In this document: positions 37,171 to 49,854 of the stretch, one piece after another
Numbering within the stretch: the stretch's first letter is position 1
Layout of the letters: each line of letters opens with the position of its first letter
Assembly (NCBI RefSeq): GCF_024521635.1
Contig: NW_026250429.1
Coordinates: 434,001-498,000 of the forward strand
Length of the DNA: 64,000 nucleotides
Reading direction: 5' to 3'
DNA from: Tricharina praecox
Taxonomy: Eukaryota
Program-made: the position numbers and the translations under genes
The notes under the pieces: generated by a model
What the model was told of the DNA's origin: nothing
Seen by the model: the letters and a program-made list of their open reading frames with translations, nothing else
Databases searched by the model: none

Positions 37171-38004
37171 TTTCTTTCTTTTCTCGTGGATGTGTATTAA
37201 AATGGGCACCGTTCAACGATGGAATTACGTCAAAGGACAGAGTAATAAGAAGAAAACAAGAAAATCGAAGTCGCTGACTCGATGTGAAAGAAGTGGAGTG
37301 AGGAATGCTGTGACTGAAGATGGAGAAAAAGGAAGCGAAGCAGGTGTTTATATTCCCCGTCCCAGGTGTACCGCAACACGTTCGGTTCCAGAACATGATC
37401 GCTGAGACATCTCTATCGCGGGGTTACTCGCTGGAAACAGCAAGTGGTGGTGGAATTATTCCGGGCCAGAGCGAAAGTCGTGTGCTTCGCTTGTATCAGG
37501 TTGCGTTTCTGGTGTTGTATCAGATCTTCGCGTTGGCGTTTGAGCCTGTAGCCAGTGGTGTAACGCGCCTAACGAGAGATATCTCGCCCATCGTTTATAT
37601 CCTTTCCACCGCACCCACCCCCCGCAGACAACCCGCCAAACAACCGATGTCATCAGGAAGCGCACGCTGAAGAAGAGGAAGAAGACTGTGTTGTTTCGGG
37701 TACGCTACTTACCTCCCGAGCGGACAGTTTGATCTTCCCAGTACATTTCCATCCGTCAGCCACCATCGATGTCCATTTGTATTTCTAAACGGCATAAGCG
37801 CTCGCTCTCTACCGTCTTCAAATCAATTGCACAGCCCCCCCGGGAGAAGACGCGGAAACACGGACAGCCTCACCGTGATGGATGTTTCATTTGGCCTTCC
37901 AGTTCCATTATTGTTTTCTCAACCTCGACCTACCGAACTGGATACAAACCTCCCCTCGGAGTATCACGTCCCAGTAACCGCCTCTGCCTCCGCCTACCCT
38001 ACCA

Positions 38005-38752
38005 CTACTGCTGCGGTTGCTGGCCTTGCTGTCGGCCCTCGTGGAGCCCAGCATAATACCCAGCCCAATACCACGACATCATGAGGTTACGCATCACTTC
38101 GTCGTCTAGAACAGTTAGGACTTTATCTTACTCGTAGCACGGATGATGGACTCACTGCCGCCGATGGCGTAACCCGCGGCCGCGCCGGCGGGGTGCTGTA
38201 CGGAGAACGGAAAAGGCGCTGCGGCTGAAGGAGGGGTCAAGGCTGCGGGCTCTTGTCCGGCCGGCGCAGCTTCGGTCTCCACTGCTACCGCTTCCGCCTT
38301 CACCGTCTCCGTCTCCGTCTCAGGTTCTTTGACAGCAGGCGGCGGCGATTCCTCAATAGTAATCTCCATCTGCGTCGGATCCTGATCCTCCGTCCTCGGC
38401 ATCACCGGGCCAATAATTTTCGCCTCTCCACTACTACTGCTCGCAATCACAGCACCAGCAACAGCATCAGGAACAACAGGAACAGCGGCTCCCTTCTCCA
38501 TGGTTTCGACGAGAATCTTCGGATCCTCTCCGGTCGCCGCGATACTGTGGTACTTCTGTGCCCAATTTATCAGCCACCGTTTCTCACAGAAGCTCCTCCA
38601 AGCTCGCCTTCCCCAGGAACATAGCTCACCTTGTACTCCCCCATAGCCTCATCCCACGCTTCCACTAGCATCGAGTCGTCCCATATCTCGGCTTGCGTGA
38701 GCTCGAGGACTATTTCGTCGGGGTTCTGGATTTTATTAGCGGCGGTTGACAT
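38005..38752 (-). CDS. SMN1: Survival motor neuron (Smn1) homologue. Exons 38752-38630, 38555-38156, 38105-38005
   Basis: Gemin2-binding N-terminus EIWDDSMLVEAWDEAMGEYK|KYHS, and C-terminal YG box NLMMSWYWAGYYAG in a third exon missed by the ORF track. Confidence 0.92.
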
Positions 38753-39339
38753 TGTGGAGGTGAGGTTGATAGAGTTGGATTTCGTGGAGCTGGGAGACGC
38801 GACGTGACGTGACGTGATGGCGGACGCGTTGGGCTGGCGCGGTGTGGTGGATCGGCGAATAATTGAGTGCCAAGATAATTACGGTTTAAAACGCGAGAAC
38901 TTTTTTCTTCTCACTTTCCCCCCCCACTTCATCACAACCACTACAACGTCAATTTCAACGACAACGCTCACCACATTAACAGTTCTCAGCGTATATAGAA
39001 ACTCAATGCAACTCGATTATTCACCCCATCTCTGTCCTGCGATACCCCCAAGCCACAAACATCGGCACAACAAAGGAAATACTGGCACTTTCGAAGCTTT
39101 GTCGTACCTCTCCATGGTCGATGAAGTCAAAAAGTTTGTCATCTCTCGAAGATGCACATGTCAAGCCTATAAGAACACGTGAACTCTCAGTATCTGGCAC
39201 CAAATTTACTGTGGTTGTTGCCTCGAGAGAGAGATACATCTCATCAAGTGAATTGTGAATTATGAATTGGGCTGATCCGTCCGGTATGCTACATATGACC
39301 CGCATCATAAACAGAACGCTGCCATGGCCATTTCAAACT

Positions 39340-40220
39340 TCAAAGCCCAAGATCCTGCCGATACCCTTTCGCCAACACGCTCGCATCCCTCGCCTCATCC
39401 TCATCCTCCCCCTGCGGAAATCTTCCGATGCCATAAGCACTAGAGCCGCTGCTCTGTCTTCTGATGTAATACGCTCTCTCCGGTATCTCCGGCATTTCCT
39501 CATGTCCCGCGTTGTCCCCACCGTCAGTCGGATATGGACTCGTGCTCTCCACCCCGACCACGGCAGCACCGCTCTCCTCGTGGCCCCGAACCCTCCGCCG
39601 CGCGCGGAAGCTGGTGATAGACCTGACCTCTCGCGTTGTAGGCGTGCGGAAGAGGATACCCTAAACATACACACACTGCATCAGCAATTAGGTACTCCAT
39701 AAGCCCGGGGAGCAGACGTACGGCAATGATTCCTCCCGCGCCGGCGATCACAACCGTAATACCGGCAGCTAGGAGCACGGTATCAACCGTTGACATCCCC
39801 TGCTGCTGTCTCTTCGCTCCCTTTTTCTGCGCGGCCGCTGGGGTCCTGTAGGGTATTGACAATAACACTGCTCCGATAGCTACCTCCAACGCTCCCAGCC
39901 ATACCAATCCCGCATCGCGCGCGAACAGCGGCCAGGAGTACTCGAAGTAATTGGGGAATAGCGAGATTTCGGAGAAGAAGAGGAACAGGAGGAGGGGGGT
40001 CGGGAAGAGGAGGAGGATGAAGGTGGAGAAATGGAACTAATGGGTGTAACCACGGTTAGCTAGGAAAAGGACGACAGTAGGAGGGGGGAGGGGATACTTT
40101 TCCGGTTGTGATGCTCAAGACTATGCTAGCAACACTTGTGGTGAGCGAAAGAAGGAGGGCGATAATGCTGAGGAGTCGCAGAGCATTCAGGATGTAGAAG
40201 GCGCGTGAGTTCGAAACCAT
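39340..40220 (-). CDS. Fungal multi-TM hypothetical membrane protein. Exons 40220-40098, 40036-39722, 39660-39340
   Basis: MVSNSRAFYILNALRLLSIIALL...FLFFSEISLFPNYFEYSWPLF...GLVWLGAL...GIIA|GILFRTPTTREVR; ~4 hydrophobic segments; two phase-0 canonical introns. Confidence 0.82.
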
Positions 40221-40850
40221 GATGATGATAAGTTGGTACTGTGTCGTCGGTGTTACAGTGTACGGTGATGAAATGGGAAGAGCATATGTTTACAGTCCGA
40301 CTGGTTTCCGGTAGTTGTCAGTTGTCGCCTTCTTGTAGTCATTGGTGGGTGGGTACGCCGTCATGTTGAATTCACCTCACCGGGCAGCGACTTCAATCTC
40401 AATGACTGCTTCCTTCTGTTACATCAAATTGCGCTCGACCCTATCCTACCACGGCGAGCCCCGCGCACCTGTTCCATCCTTTCCTAGTTTCTATCCCCAA
40501 TTCACAGGAGCCCTGAGCCTTTTGGGGAGTGCCTATCGCAATGGCCGCTGCAAATCCCACCTCGTCGACAAGACTCGCCGAGTGAGCTCGTATGCACCTT
40601 GCCTTGGCGCACGAATCCAGATTCAGCCACTCTGGCCAAACGCCGAGCCACACCCTGGCTCCAGCCAGCGCTCAAATATCACTCTCTCCACCACCACCAC
40701 CACCACCACCACCACCACCACCTTCTACCACGCACACCATCTTTTACCTCCATCCACATATCCACGTTCCCCACCCACCACCACCCCGACCAAGCACAGT
40801 CCCCACAGTCGTTCTCCCACCGTACCCGTTACCGTCCACCGACCGACAGA

Positions 40851-41283
40851 ATGACCCGTGGCAACCAACGCGAGCGCGACCGCGCAAAGGCCCAGAAAGC
40901 GGCGCAGGGCCAGAAGAAATCTACAGGCGTACGGTCCCTCCACTCCCCTTCCCACCGCCCACCGCCCACCCCCCTCCTCCTCCCCTCGGCCATCAGGAAA
41001 GGGAAGGACAACAGAGACTGACGAGGAATGCGAATGTAGAAATCGGGTTCGGAAATGCTCCGCGACAAGGACAAGGTGGCCCAGATTATGCGGGAGAAAC
41101 AACAAAAAGGTATTTCACCCACCACCACCGCCACCACTTATTTGAGGAGGATGGGAGAACGAGTGCGATGCTCGGCGAAGGCAGAGAACTGGAAACTGAC
41201 TGTGACCAGCTGAGGAGAAGAGAAAAGCGGATGCCGCAGCGGGCGGTGGGGGCGGCGGCGGTGATGGCGAGACTCCGAAGTAA
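40851..41283 (+). CDS. SERF/4F5 family small protein. Exons 40851-40928, 41040-41109, 41210-41283
   Basis: MTRGNQRERDRAKAQK...RDKDKVAQIMREKQQKAEEKRKA; hallmark MxRGNQR start; canonical introns with CTGAC branch sites. Confidence 0.92.
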
Positions 41284-41778
41284 CCTTACCACCTACAATG
41301 TCCGCCGCCGACCGATACATGCTACAGTACGAACGAACGAACGATATGCGGTTTACAACGAGTTATGGATCATACGGGTTTTTCGGTTTCGGTTTTTGCG
41401 GCTTTGCGATACCCTCGGGGGGGGGGAAGTCTTTTGCCAAAATACACTTTTGCTTGATCAAGTACTTTGTTTGACTTGGGACTTTTTTTTTGATTGGCGG
41501 TTGGTTTTCTCTGGCGTAGAATGCGGTGCGAATACATTTCTCTACTGCCGAGTTAACAGGCGTTGGATGATGGGTCAATTTTACAAGATGCCGGCTGTTG
41601 GTATTCTCTTTTGGGCCATTTTTGTTTTTTTTCCTCCTTCGCTTCTCGAGATGAGATGAGCAGAACAGATGAAATACTGTCCAATTTCACAAACAATCGT
41701 CGTGAATTGCTTTACTGGTTTGCGAGGAAAGACAAGCAGAGAACGACAGCTTACTAGTCCAAGTGAAAGAACGACTGC

Positions 41779-42887
41779 TCAAATAATCCCGAACAGCCTC
41801 ATGATTGGTTCACCAAAGACCCACCATGCCGCTGTTCCGGCCGCAAACACTTTCATCGCCGTTTTCTTCTCCTCGCTGAGTTGCGGGCCCATATCATCCT
41901 CCCTCGGCGCAATCGTGCTTTCGCTCTCCGGCCCCTTCTCGCTCTCCACTCCGATCAGAACCTCATCCAGCACCCCCCCATCCCCGAACCCTCCCTGCAT
42001 GCCCTCCACTGTATGACTGAGCGAGGATGTAGCAGCAATGCCACTCACATCCGCGTCCACCGTACTGACAGCCGGCCGATGTGGCGGCTGGACCTCCGGA
42101 ACGAACTCCTTTCTGTGGTACTTTGAAAACTCGTTGTCAGGCAGAAACGGAACCCTGATCGCTGGTCTGCTGGCATCTTCAGAAGGCGCAAACTCCCAGG
42201 GCTTGGGAATTATGAGCGGTGTGAAGTCGGCGGTGGTGGCGTAGCCGCGTGTGGTGGGAGTGGTGGGAGTGGTTGGGACGCGCTGGAGACGGAACGCAGA
42301 CGCTCTAGGCGCAAATGCGCTGCGCACCGGCGTGGTGGGCGCGGTGGGCGGTGGAGTTATGGGCGGGTAGGAGAGGTGGGCGCGGTAGAAGGCTGTCTGC
42401 ATTATCTTTGTCGGCTCTACGGCCTCGGTGGTCTCGAGAAGCGCATTTTTCTCGAGCATTTCTCCAGCTATTCGCACACTGTCCGTAGAGTCAGCATCTT
42501 CTAGCTGTGAGTGACGTGCGTGGTGGAGCGAATACCGCTTCAGGGCTTTCATGCTGATCTTGTTCTTCATTATGCGTGGGGAGATACAGATGGTGGGTGA
42601 CTTTTTGTTGATTCTGTCGTCGTGTTCGAGGCGGAGGATACACTGTTTGGACCCATCAGCCGCGTCTCTGCACCCTCGGGATGGCAATTGCGTACCACTA
42701 ATTTCGTCCCTTTCGTCTGCAGCGCGCGATGATGCAGTTCCCTACGCAGTTCCTGTAGCGGAATGGAGGAGTAGTCAATGGCGGAGACGCGGGGCTGCTC
42801 GTGGACTGATGCTGGTGGTGGTGGGTAGGGCGAGGCGATGTGAAGGCCCCGCACTGTAATGAGGCGGCGAAGCGTAGAAGTAGGCAT
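41779..42887 (-). CDS. SAP-domain protein, probably mitochondrial (Aim34-like). Exons 42887-42696, 42642-41779
   Basis: Basic presequence-like MPTSTLRRLITVRGLH; SAP motif YSSIPLQELRRELHHRALQTKGTKLV|CILRL; IRVPFLPDN and C-terminal TM AGTAAWWVFG. Confidence 0.75.
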
Positions 42888-43449
42888 TGTACGGGGTGTG
42901 TGCGAAGTGCGGGGTAGGGGGTGTGGTGTGTGATGTCGAGCTGATGCGTGTGGTGATGATCTTATCGAGACGTGAGGAAGTGTGGGAACACGACAGATGC
43001 TGAGCTTGAGAGACACAAAAACGTGGACGGACCAATGTGCTACTTACTAAGCTATTATTGTGCAGAATAAGAAACGAATAGGTACAAAATACAGGCAACG
43101 AGATGGGTTACGAGTCTGATCTCAGCTGGGTCACACCTTCGCCGCCTTCCTTCCAAACCAAGGTCGTTTGCTACATTCATAATGCGCAGCTATGCTAGAG
43201 CACTTGATAGGTGCTTATTTGGAATAGTACCTAGAGTAGGCTAGTGTGTTCTGGAAGTTCCATCCCGATTCCCCACAACAACAACGACAATAACGACAAC
43301 CACTCAACCTTTTCATACAATTCCACGATCTCAGCTCTCGGCAGCATGCTCTTTTATTCCCAACGACCCCCGTTTCCTAAGTAACGCTTGTGTCGTGTAC
43401 TTACACACGACTCTAGCGCCCGCGCTGATCCATAAGCTCTCGCTCACTC

Positions 43450-44230
43450 GGACTTTATCCCATCACCAATAAACATCGGTGGTGGCTTGTGAATGAAAGA
43501 CCCCACGGGATATCCCACTGAAAAAGACAATCCGAAATCATCCTCCATAGGAATTCGCCGTTTGCCACCATCACTTTTCTGGTAGTAGATGAGCTCGAGG
43601 ATCTAACGAGTTTTAAAATAGGCTTCTCGAAGGGGGGAAAGCAGACTACCTTTCTACGGGCGTCTACTGCACTTGATGGAATAGAGGACGGTCTAAACAT
43701 CCTGGGGATCTCGAGAACCGTAATCCAACGCCTTACAATCCCATGAACCATCCCAACATAGGAGAATAACTGTCGAAAACGTTGGCGGTGCAGAATCGAT
43801 TTTTCAATGGGTGGACACCATTTGCTAAATTCAAATTTGAATTGTCCTGGAGGCAGAGATTATTCGTTACGCTCGTGAAGAACCTTTACGAAGGTCTGAT
43901 TTGTTATTTGATGGGATGGCTCACACTTTGTGCTCGGTGGACCGATGACCTCATCCTCCCGTTGTCGAATGGATTTTACATGAATGTACTGGAGCCGTAA
44001 CGGCACCCACCAGGCTCTCCTACGAAACTCATCGACTCGAGCATGTCCTCCCTAGAAAATGCCTGTATCGCTACCGTCATCATCGGGCTCCAATGGCTCT
44101 TGACTTCAATTAAAGCATGGCTCATGCTTACACTTGGGAACTGGAGCGAGTGGGAGCGCCGCTTTACCCAAAATACCACTGTGAATCGATGTTTAGATGC
44201 GGTTACGAGCCCATTCGGAACGTGATCGAG
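43450..44230 (+). pseudogene. Possible decayed coding sequence of unknown origin
   Basis: High-complexity, less GC-rich tract with protein-like plus-strand frames broken by TGA/TAA (e.g. FATITFLVVDELEDLTSFKIGF; IVLEAEIIRYAREEPLRRSDLLFDGMAH). No family recognised. Confidence 0.3.
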
Positions 44231-44802
44231 CTAGCGTGCGGACCAACGCTGCAGCTCAACAATTTTCTGGCATTGGTGATGGATTAACCTTCGCAGGCCA
44301 GTCACGGTCGCTATCCTCCGTACGATCACCTACAAACCCCCGACAGGCCCACACACATATAAGCTTCAATGTGTGCAAACATCGACCAAGATTTAGCTCC
44401 TAGACCTATTGATCTAGACCGTCTGCTGAATGGCCTGGGGTTCTCGCCAACTTCATCAATTAGTAGTCCCCCAGCGTCCGTGGTCCGGTCTTCGTCTCAG
44501 ACTATGGCGGTGTCATCACCCTTTCTATTCCCCTGTCTGCAGTCCCGATAATGGACTCGATGAAAAAGTCGTTGCATCCCGAGAGCAAAACAAACGGATA
44601 GCCCCGAAGCGAGTGACATTCAATGATCACCTGACAGGCTTAAGCTAACCCCCTCGCCAAACTTAGAGCTAATCTTCTACCTTATAAAAACAGGGGTACG
44701 TCACGGCACAGGCTGCATCCCTTGCTTCTCGCTTCCCTCCCCCTTCCTCCCCTCCCCCAGCTACCCAGTACTTACACACCACCCAGTGTCCACAGCGCCA
44801 AC

Positions 44803-45945
44803 ATGCCACAAGAACGGAAACGCAAAGCGGAGGACATAATCGAAATCCCGTCGGACAGCGAGGACAGCGACGCATCGGTGCAGATCCTCGGTGTCCGCCG
44901 GACGGGCCAGCCGTCGTTCGATAGCCGAGCACGTCCCCACTCCAGCTCTTCCACGACTGGAGCCGATCGCGGTCCACCTCCGCCGATTCCTACATGGTCG
45001 AGACCCAATGGTACCCCCACGGCACCCGTGGTTCCGCCTCGAGTCAATGCCATACCCGCAGCACGGCGTCAGAATGGCGAGCACCACCGACCCCCAAGAG
45101 CACATCCATCCACCCCCCCGCGTCCCGCACATTCACCACACTCCCAGCAACCCTCAGGCCGGTGCCCTTTGCCCTCACGAGGACTTTTCGCGGGCCCCCC
45201 ACCACCACCAATGCCACTACTTCCCGCCGCCCCGCTCGAACAGCGCCGTGCGCGCTTCATAACCCATCCCCCAGCCTACACCGTCGAACGCCTTTCCCGC
45301 GCCATGACGCAGCAAATGTACATCCTCCATCGCAGCGGGGTCACCGCACTCCGCGAGACCTTCACCGTTGCGGGGTCCACAGGAAACGTCTACACCGTCG
45401 TCATCGGCGCTGTCCCCAGCTGCGACTGTCCGGATGCAGTAGGTACGTGCAAGCACGTTCTCTACGTCATGATGCGGGTGTTAGGTGCGCGGCAGCAATT
45501 GTCGTATCAAGTGGCGTTGTTGGAGTCCGAGTTGAGGGAGATTTTTGAGGGTGCGCCGAGGGCGGCCGCCGTTGTCACGAGATTACCGGGTCAGCGCAGA
45601 GAAGAAAGGCCAAATGTGGCAAGGAAACCACTGGATGGGGAGTGTCCCATTTGTTTTTGCGACTTTGAGGACGAGGAGGAGGAGGGCGTCGTGTGGTGTA
45701 AAACCCAATGCGGGACGAACGTACACTCCGAGTGCTGGCAGAAGTGGAAGAATAGTGGGCCGGGCCCGGCCAAGTGTGTCATGTGTCGCCAGGTTTGGGA
45801 GGAGGACGGGGGTGTTAGAGGGATCGAGGGGGCCGAGGAGAACGAGATGGCGTATCTTAATGTAGCCCGACAGCTTTGGATCAGTGAGGATAGGGATGTT
45901 GGGATTTACAGGAGGAACAGGCGGAGAAGGTGGAATGATTACTGA
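44803..45945 (+). CDS. SWIM zinc finger + RING finger protein (ZSWIM2/MAP3K1 N-terminus-like putative E3 ligase)
   Basis: FTVAGSTGNVYTVVIGAVPSCDCPD...CKHVLYVM; CPICFCDF...VWCKTQCGTNVHSECWQKW...CVMCRQVW. Confidence 0.9.
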   Translation: MPQERKRKAEDIIEIPSDSEDSDASVQILGVRRTGQPSFDSRARPHSSSSTTGADRGPPPPIPTWSRPNGTPTAPVVPPRVNAIPAARRQNGEHHRPPRAHPSTPPRPAHSPHSQQPSGRCPLPSRGLFAGPPPPPMPLLPAAPLEQRRARFITHPPAYTVERLSRAMTQQMYILHRSGVTALRETFTVAGSTGNVYTVVIGAVPSCDCPDAVGTCKHVLYVMMRVLGARQQLSYQVALLESELREIFEGAPRAAAVVTRLPGQRREERPNVARKPLDGECPICFCDFEDEEEEGVVWCKTQCGTNVHSECWQKWKNSGPGPAKCVMCRQVWEEDGGVRGIEGAEENEMAYLNVARQLWISEDRDVGIYRRNRRRRWNDY

Positions 45946-46177
45946 TGCCCGGTGGAGGCGAGCCCGTCGGATAGTGTTCTAGCTGAACTCCCGGCACGGT
46001 GAATGCCTGAACTTTCTTACGCGTTTCTCTGGCGGGACAACTGTTCATAGACACCCCCACAAAACAAGCATAGGTGGAAACGTTAATGATACTCATTATA
46101 GGTTCGGCTAATCTGTGGTGCGATCGAGGATACGATGAGCAACGGATAAGAAAAGAAAAACTCCTTCCTCCAGCCAT

Positions 46178-47174
46178 TCATACTGGCGGTAAGAAGAGCT
46201 TCCCCGTTCTCAAGAACCCTTTATCGCCACACGAAGTCTTCCACTCAATACTGAGCTGACCAATATCATCCCCCTCCTTCTCCTTCTCCTCCCCCTCTCC
46301 CCCGCCAGGCTCGAGCAAGAACGCAACTTGCACAACGTCCCTACTCCTCAGCACCGGCACGCCTCCCTTCTTCCCATCCCAATTCAAAGACGTGGCCTTC
46401 CACCTCGTCTTCATACTCACATTACTCAGTGTGACCGGACCCTCACTAAGATTCTCCAGCTGGGCCTCCAGCACTGCGTTCCCGTCGCCCAGCGGTCCCG
46501 CCTTGGTGCGCACCATTATGCACTGTTGCGCCACAAACTGATACAGCTTCTTGAACGTCCTCACCCTGGTCTCGCCATCCTGCATAGCCTCGGTATAGCT
46601 CACGGTAACCGCAAGGGTATGTCCGCCCTCCTCCTTCAAGTCGTAGGAAACAATCTTCTGCAGCGACCCGCCCGGCTGTAGTTCAGCTCCCGCGGCGGCC
46701 TCTTCCTCGTCGGTCGAGAGCCGGATCGTCTGCGATGGCGTCTGCATCTGCGCGCTGATCTTGCCACCTGTCACCGAAACGCGCGATTCGTTGTTCGCCG
46801 AGAGGATGCAGCTAAAGGTCTCGCCGATGTAGACGCTGCCGAAGGAGGGCGGGAGCGTGAGCTGTGCGGGTCAGCGGGGTGGGGGACGGCGGCGGGTCGG
46901 CGGGAGCGTACCAGCGGGGTGAAGATGAACGTGTCATTGATATCGTGGCTGTGGTAGGCGTGCGAGTAGCGGGATGCTTCGAGGAGTGCAGGGTTTGGAG
47001 AGGAGGGGAGCGCCTGCTGTTCGCTGAGGGAGGGGCGGGATAGTCTGGTTCGCACGTCAGCGGGTGAGGCGGAAAAAGTGGGTGCGCGAGAGGATGCGGG
47101 GAGAGCAACCGGAGGACTTTGAGAGAGATTAGGTGCGGCTCCTTCACTTCGGAGAGGGCGCGTTCTCGTGGCAT
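46178..47174 (-). CDS. TRAPPC13: TRAPP complex subunit TRAPPC13-like (DUF974). Exons 47174-47110, 47044-46912, 46861-46178
   Basis: EPHLISLKVLR|LSRPSL, LTLPPSFGSVYIGETFSCILSANNE, LQKIVSYDLKEEGGHTLAVTVSY, RTFKKLYQF, LEAQLEN. Confidence 0.9.
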
Positions 47175-47376
47175 GCTGGGCGGTGGTGGTCGGATGTGGT
47201 TGGTGCGTGGGAGCTTCCCCAGGGTTGCAGCTCCCGCGTGTGCTAACTATACTACGAGAAGTCCGTAGTTGATCACCCCTAACCCTGGCCTTCACCCTGC
47301 CCCACCAAAGCAGGCAGAGCACGCGAAGTATCTTCAATTCGAGAATCACCACCGCTGCAGCTGCAACACGCCCAAC

Positions 47377-48038
47377 ATGATATCTCTACAGCGAATATCG
47401 ACGCTCAATCTGGTCCTCGACACACCAAGAGGTTCGTCCTCTCCATCACCATGCGACATACCATAGTTACCGAACAACCACTCCACATCCGCCAATACTG
47501 ACATCCTCGATTCCCACAGGCCGCGGAGTATTCGCCAGCGCGCCCATCGCAGCGGGCACGATAATTGACACGGCGCCGGTCCTGCTGCTAGGCGAGGCCG
47601 AGTTCGCCTCGCACATCACGCACACCTCACTCCTAAACTACAGCTAGTACCGCACCTTCCGCCTCACCTCCCCCCTCCCCCCTCTCCCCTCTATGTACAC
47701 ACACCGCATTAACGCTCCCGCCCCTCTCCTCGCCCACCAGTAACTGGCCGACCGCCGACCCCACCACGCCCGGGAAAACAGTGCTTCGACAGGCAATCGT
47801 CCTGGGCCTCGGGAGCATGTTCAACCACTCGTACCGCGCGCAGAATGTTGGCTGGAAGAGGGATCTCGAAAGGCAGGTCGTCGTTTACACCGCCCTGAGG
47901 GATATCGACTTGGGCATGGAGCTGCTTATCTCGTATGGTCCTCATCTGACTTTTGTCGATGTTGAGGAGATGGAGGTGAACGGCGAGGCAGAGGAGTCGG
48001 CGCTGGATGTGCTCGGACGGATCGAGGTGGATCTGTAG
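47377..48038 (+). CDS. Small SET-domain lysine methyltransferase (S. pombe Set7-like). Exons 47377-47431, 47520-47646, 47741-48038
   Basis: GRGVFASAPIAAGTIIDTAPVL, YSYNWP, LGLGSMFNHS, ALRDIDLGMELLISYG. Confidence 0.9.
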
Positions 48039-49765
48039 GCGGTGATGTGCCAGTCTCGGTTGTATGCTCAAATAGTTACCGTAGACGGTAGGCACGTGTA
48101 TGATATTTGTGTATGTAGGACTGCATCGATAGCCTGTGGAGTAACCACTATATAGTACCAGTATGATAGCACGTAGGCGGTGCACCGGTAACTCGAGTCT
48201 CGAGTACTTACATCCATAGCTGCAAGGGCCCGTCCCGTGTCTACAGTCTGGCCGTGACATACGACACGACACGTGTGACGTGTGGGTTATGTGGTACTTA
48301 CACAGTTACATGTAGAGTACGGGAGCGCGCTGTATCGCTCCCCGCTCCTCCCCCACATTTCCCACAGTGTTGCGGTTATTATTAGTACCGGTACATATTG
48401 TGTAGTACCCAAGCAGTTACTCAGGTACGCGAGTATATATCATAGCAGTATCGTGGATGGACACGAGTGCTCGATCGATGATTCGATGGACGCGTACACC
48501 ACCGCAACATGGGGCGGTGGGGGAGGCGAAAGTCGGCAATAGTTACTACCTCCTAATGCCATGATCTGATCTGATCTGATCTGCTCTGATCTCATCTGAT
48601 GTGATGGGACGACGTTGGGCGCGGTCCTTCTTCTTCTTCTTGTTTCCTCGCCGGCGGAGAGGAAATTGCGCTATACTACTATGGTGGACAGAAGGTATGC
48701 CTATATGTGGTAAACCTATAGCATATCTCCGGACGAGGCGAAGTTGACGAGAAGTTGACGCGCTGTGCCTGTGGGATCATCAATGATCATTGATCATTGG
48801 TTCGTCCGTGCGAATTGCGAATTGGGGGATTGATGATGGGCTGTGCAAGATATGTACAGGAACTTTACATTCCTGACGCAGGAGGGGGCTGTTTCCTTTC
48901 CTTTCCTTTCTTTTGTTACTCGAGCACGTGCACGAACCCGTCAGGCGTCAGGCGGCTCCGACTTACATATCTGCATATGTACATTCCTCTTCCTCTCCAG
49001 CACCCAGCTCGCTGCATGCACGCATGCAGGAACACGCTGAAACTCCGTTCCATATCCAAGTCCAGCTCCATGTCCGGGTCGGCTCGGGGTGCAGAGGTGC
49101 GCAGGTGCGGAACAGCGGGAACGGCGGAAGTTCAAACCTCAAACCACACTTCCGTAGGTACTCTAGTTACTCTCGAGCACTGTACTCTAGGTGCTCTAGG
49201 TGCTCTAGGTGCTCTAACTACCCGCGTGCGTGCGTGAGTGCGTGAGTGCGTGAGTGACGGCTAGTGAGGCTAACCGACCTACCAACCGACCGACCAACCG
49301 ACCGGCCAACCGACCTGGGGCCAGTGAGAGCACTGCTCGGCGATAGATCTAGATTCGTGCTGTGCTGTGCTGTGCTGTGCTGTGCTGTGCTGTGCTGTGC
49401 TGTATCTGGTACTCTACTCTAGTACTATGCTCTACTCTACCCGCGCATTGCATGGGATCGGGTTGTGTTATGTACGGTATGCTGTGCGTCCGCCGTCCGC
49501 CGTCCGCCGTTCGGTCCGTCACCGTCATTGTCACCGTCACCGTCATTGTCACCGTCACCGTCATTGTCGTTACTCGGTATTATCGGCCGGTGCAACTGTA
49601 TCGTAGGTACATTACTCCAGGTACAGACATAGAGTACCTGCGTGCGTGCGTGCGTGCGTATGGCAAACACTATCGCCCTTCGCATCTCTGATACCCGCTT
49701 TACTACCTGGTAGTATCGTCAACTCCGGGTTCTTGTACGCGTCCTGGGTGCGTTACACGCGCTTC

Positions 49766-49854
49766 CCCCCGTCCCCTGAGCTCCCCCGTCCCCTGAGCTC
49801 CCCCGTCCCCTGAGCTCCCCCGTCCCCTGAGCTTCCCCGTCCCCTGAGCTCCCC
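49766..49854. repeat. 17-bp minisatellite (CCCCCGTCCCCTGAGCT) x5; G-quadruplex-forming potential on the minus strand
   Basis: Five adjacent units, no spacers. Confidence 0.9.

Noticed and set aside
39007..39308. Short ORFs between SMN and the membrane protein gene
   Set aside because: Short, no recognisable motif, and overlap the probable 3' UTR of the adjacent gene.
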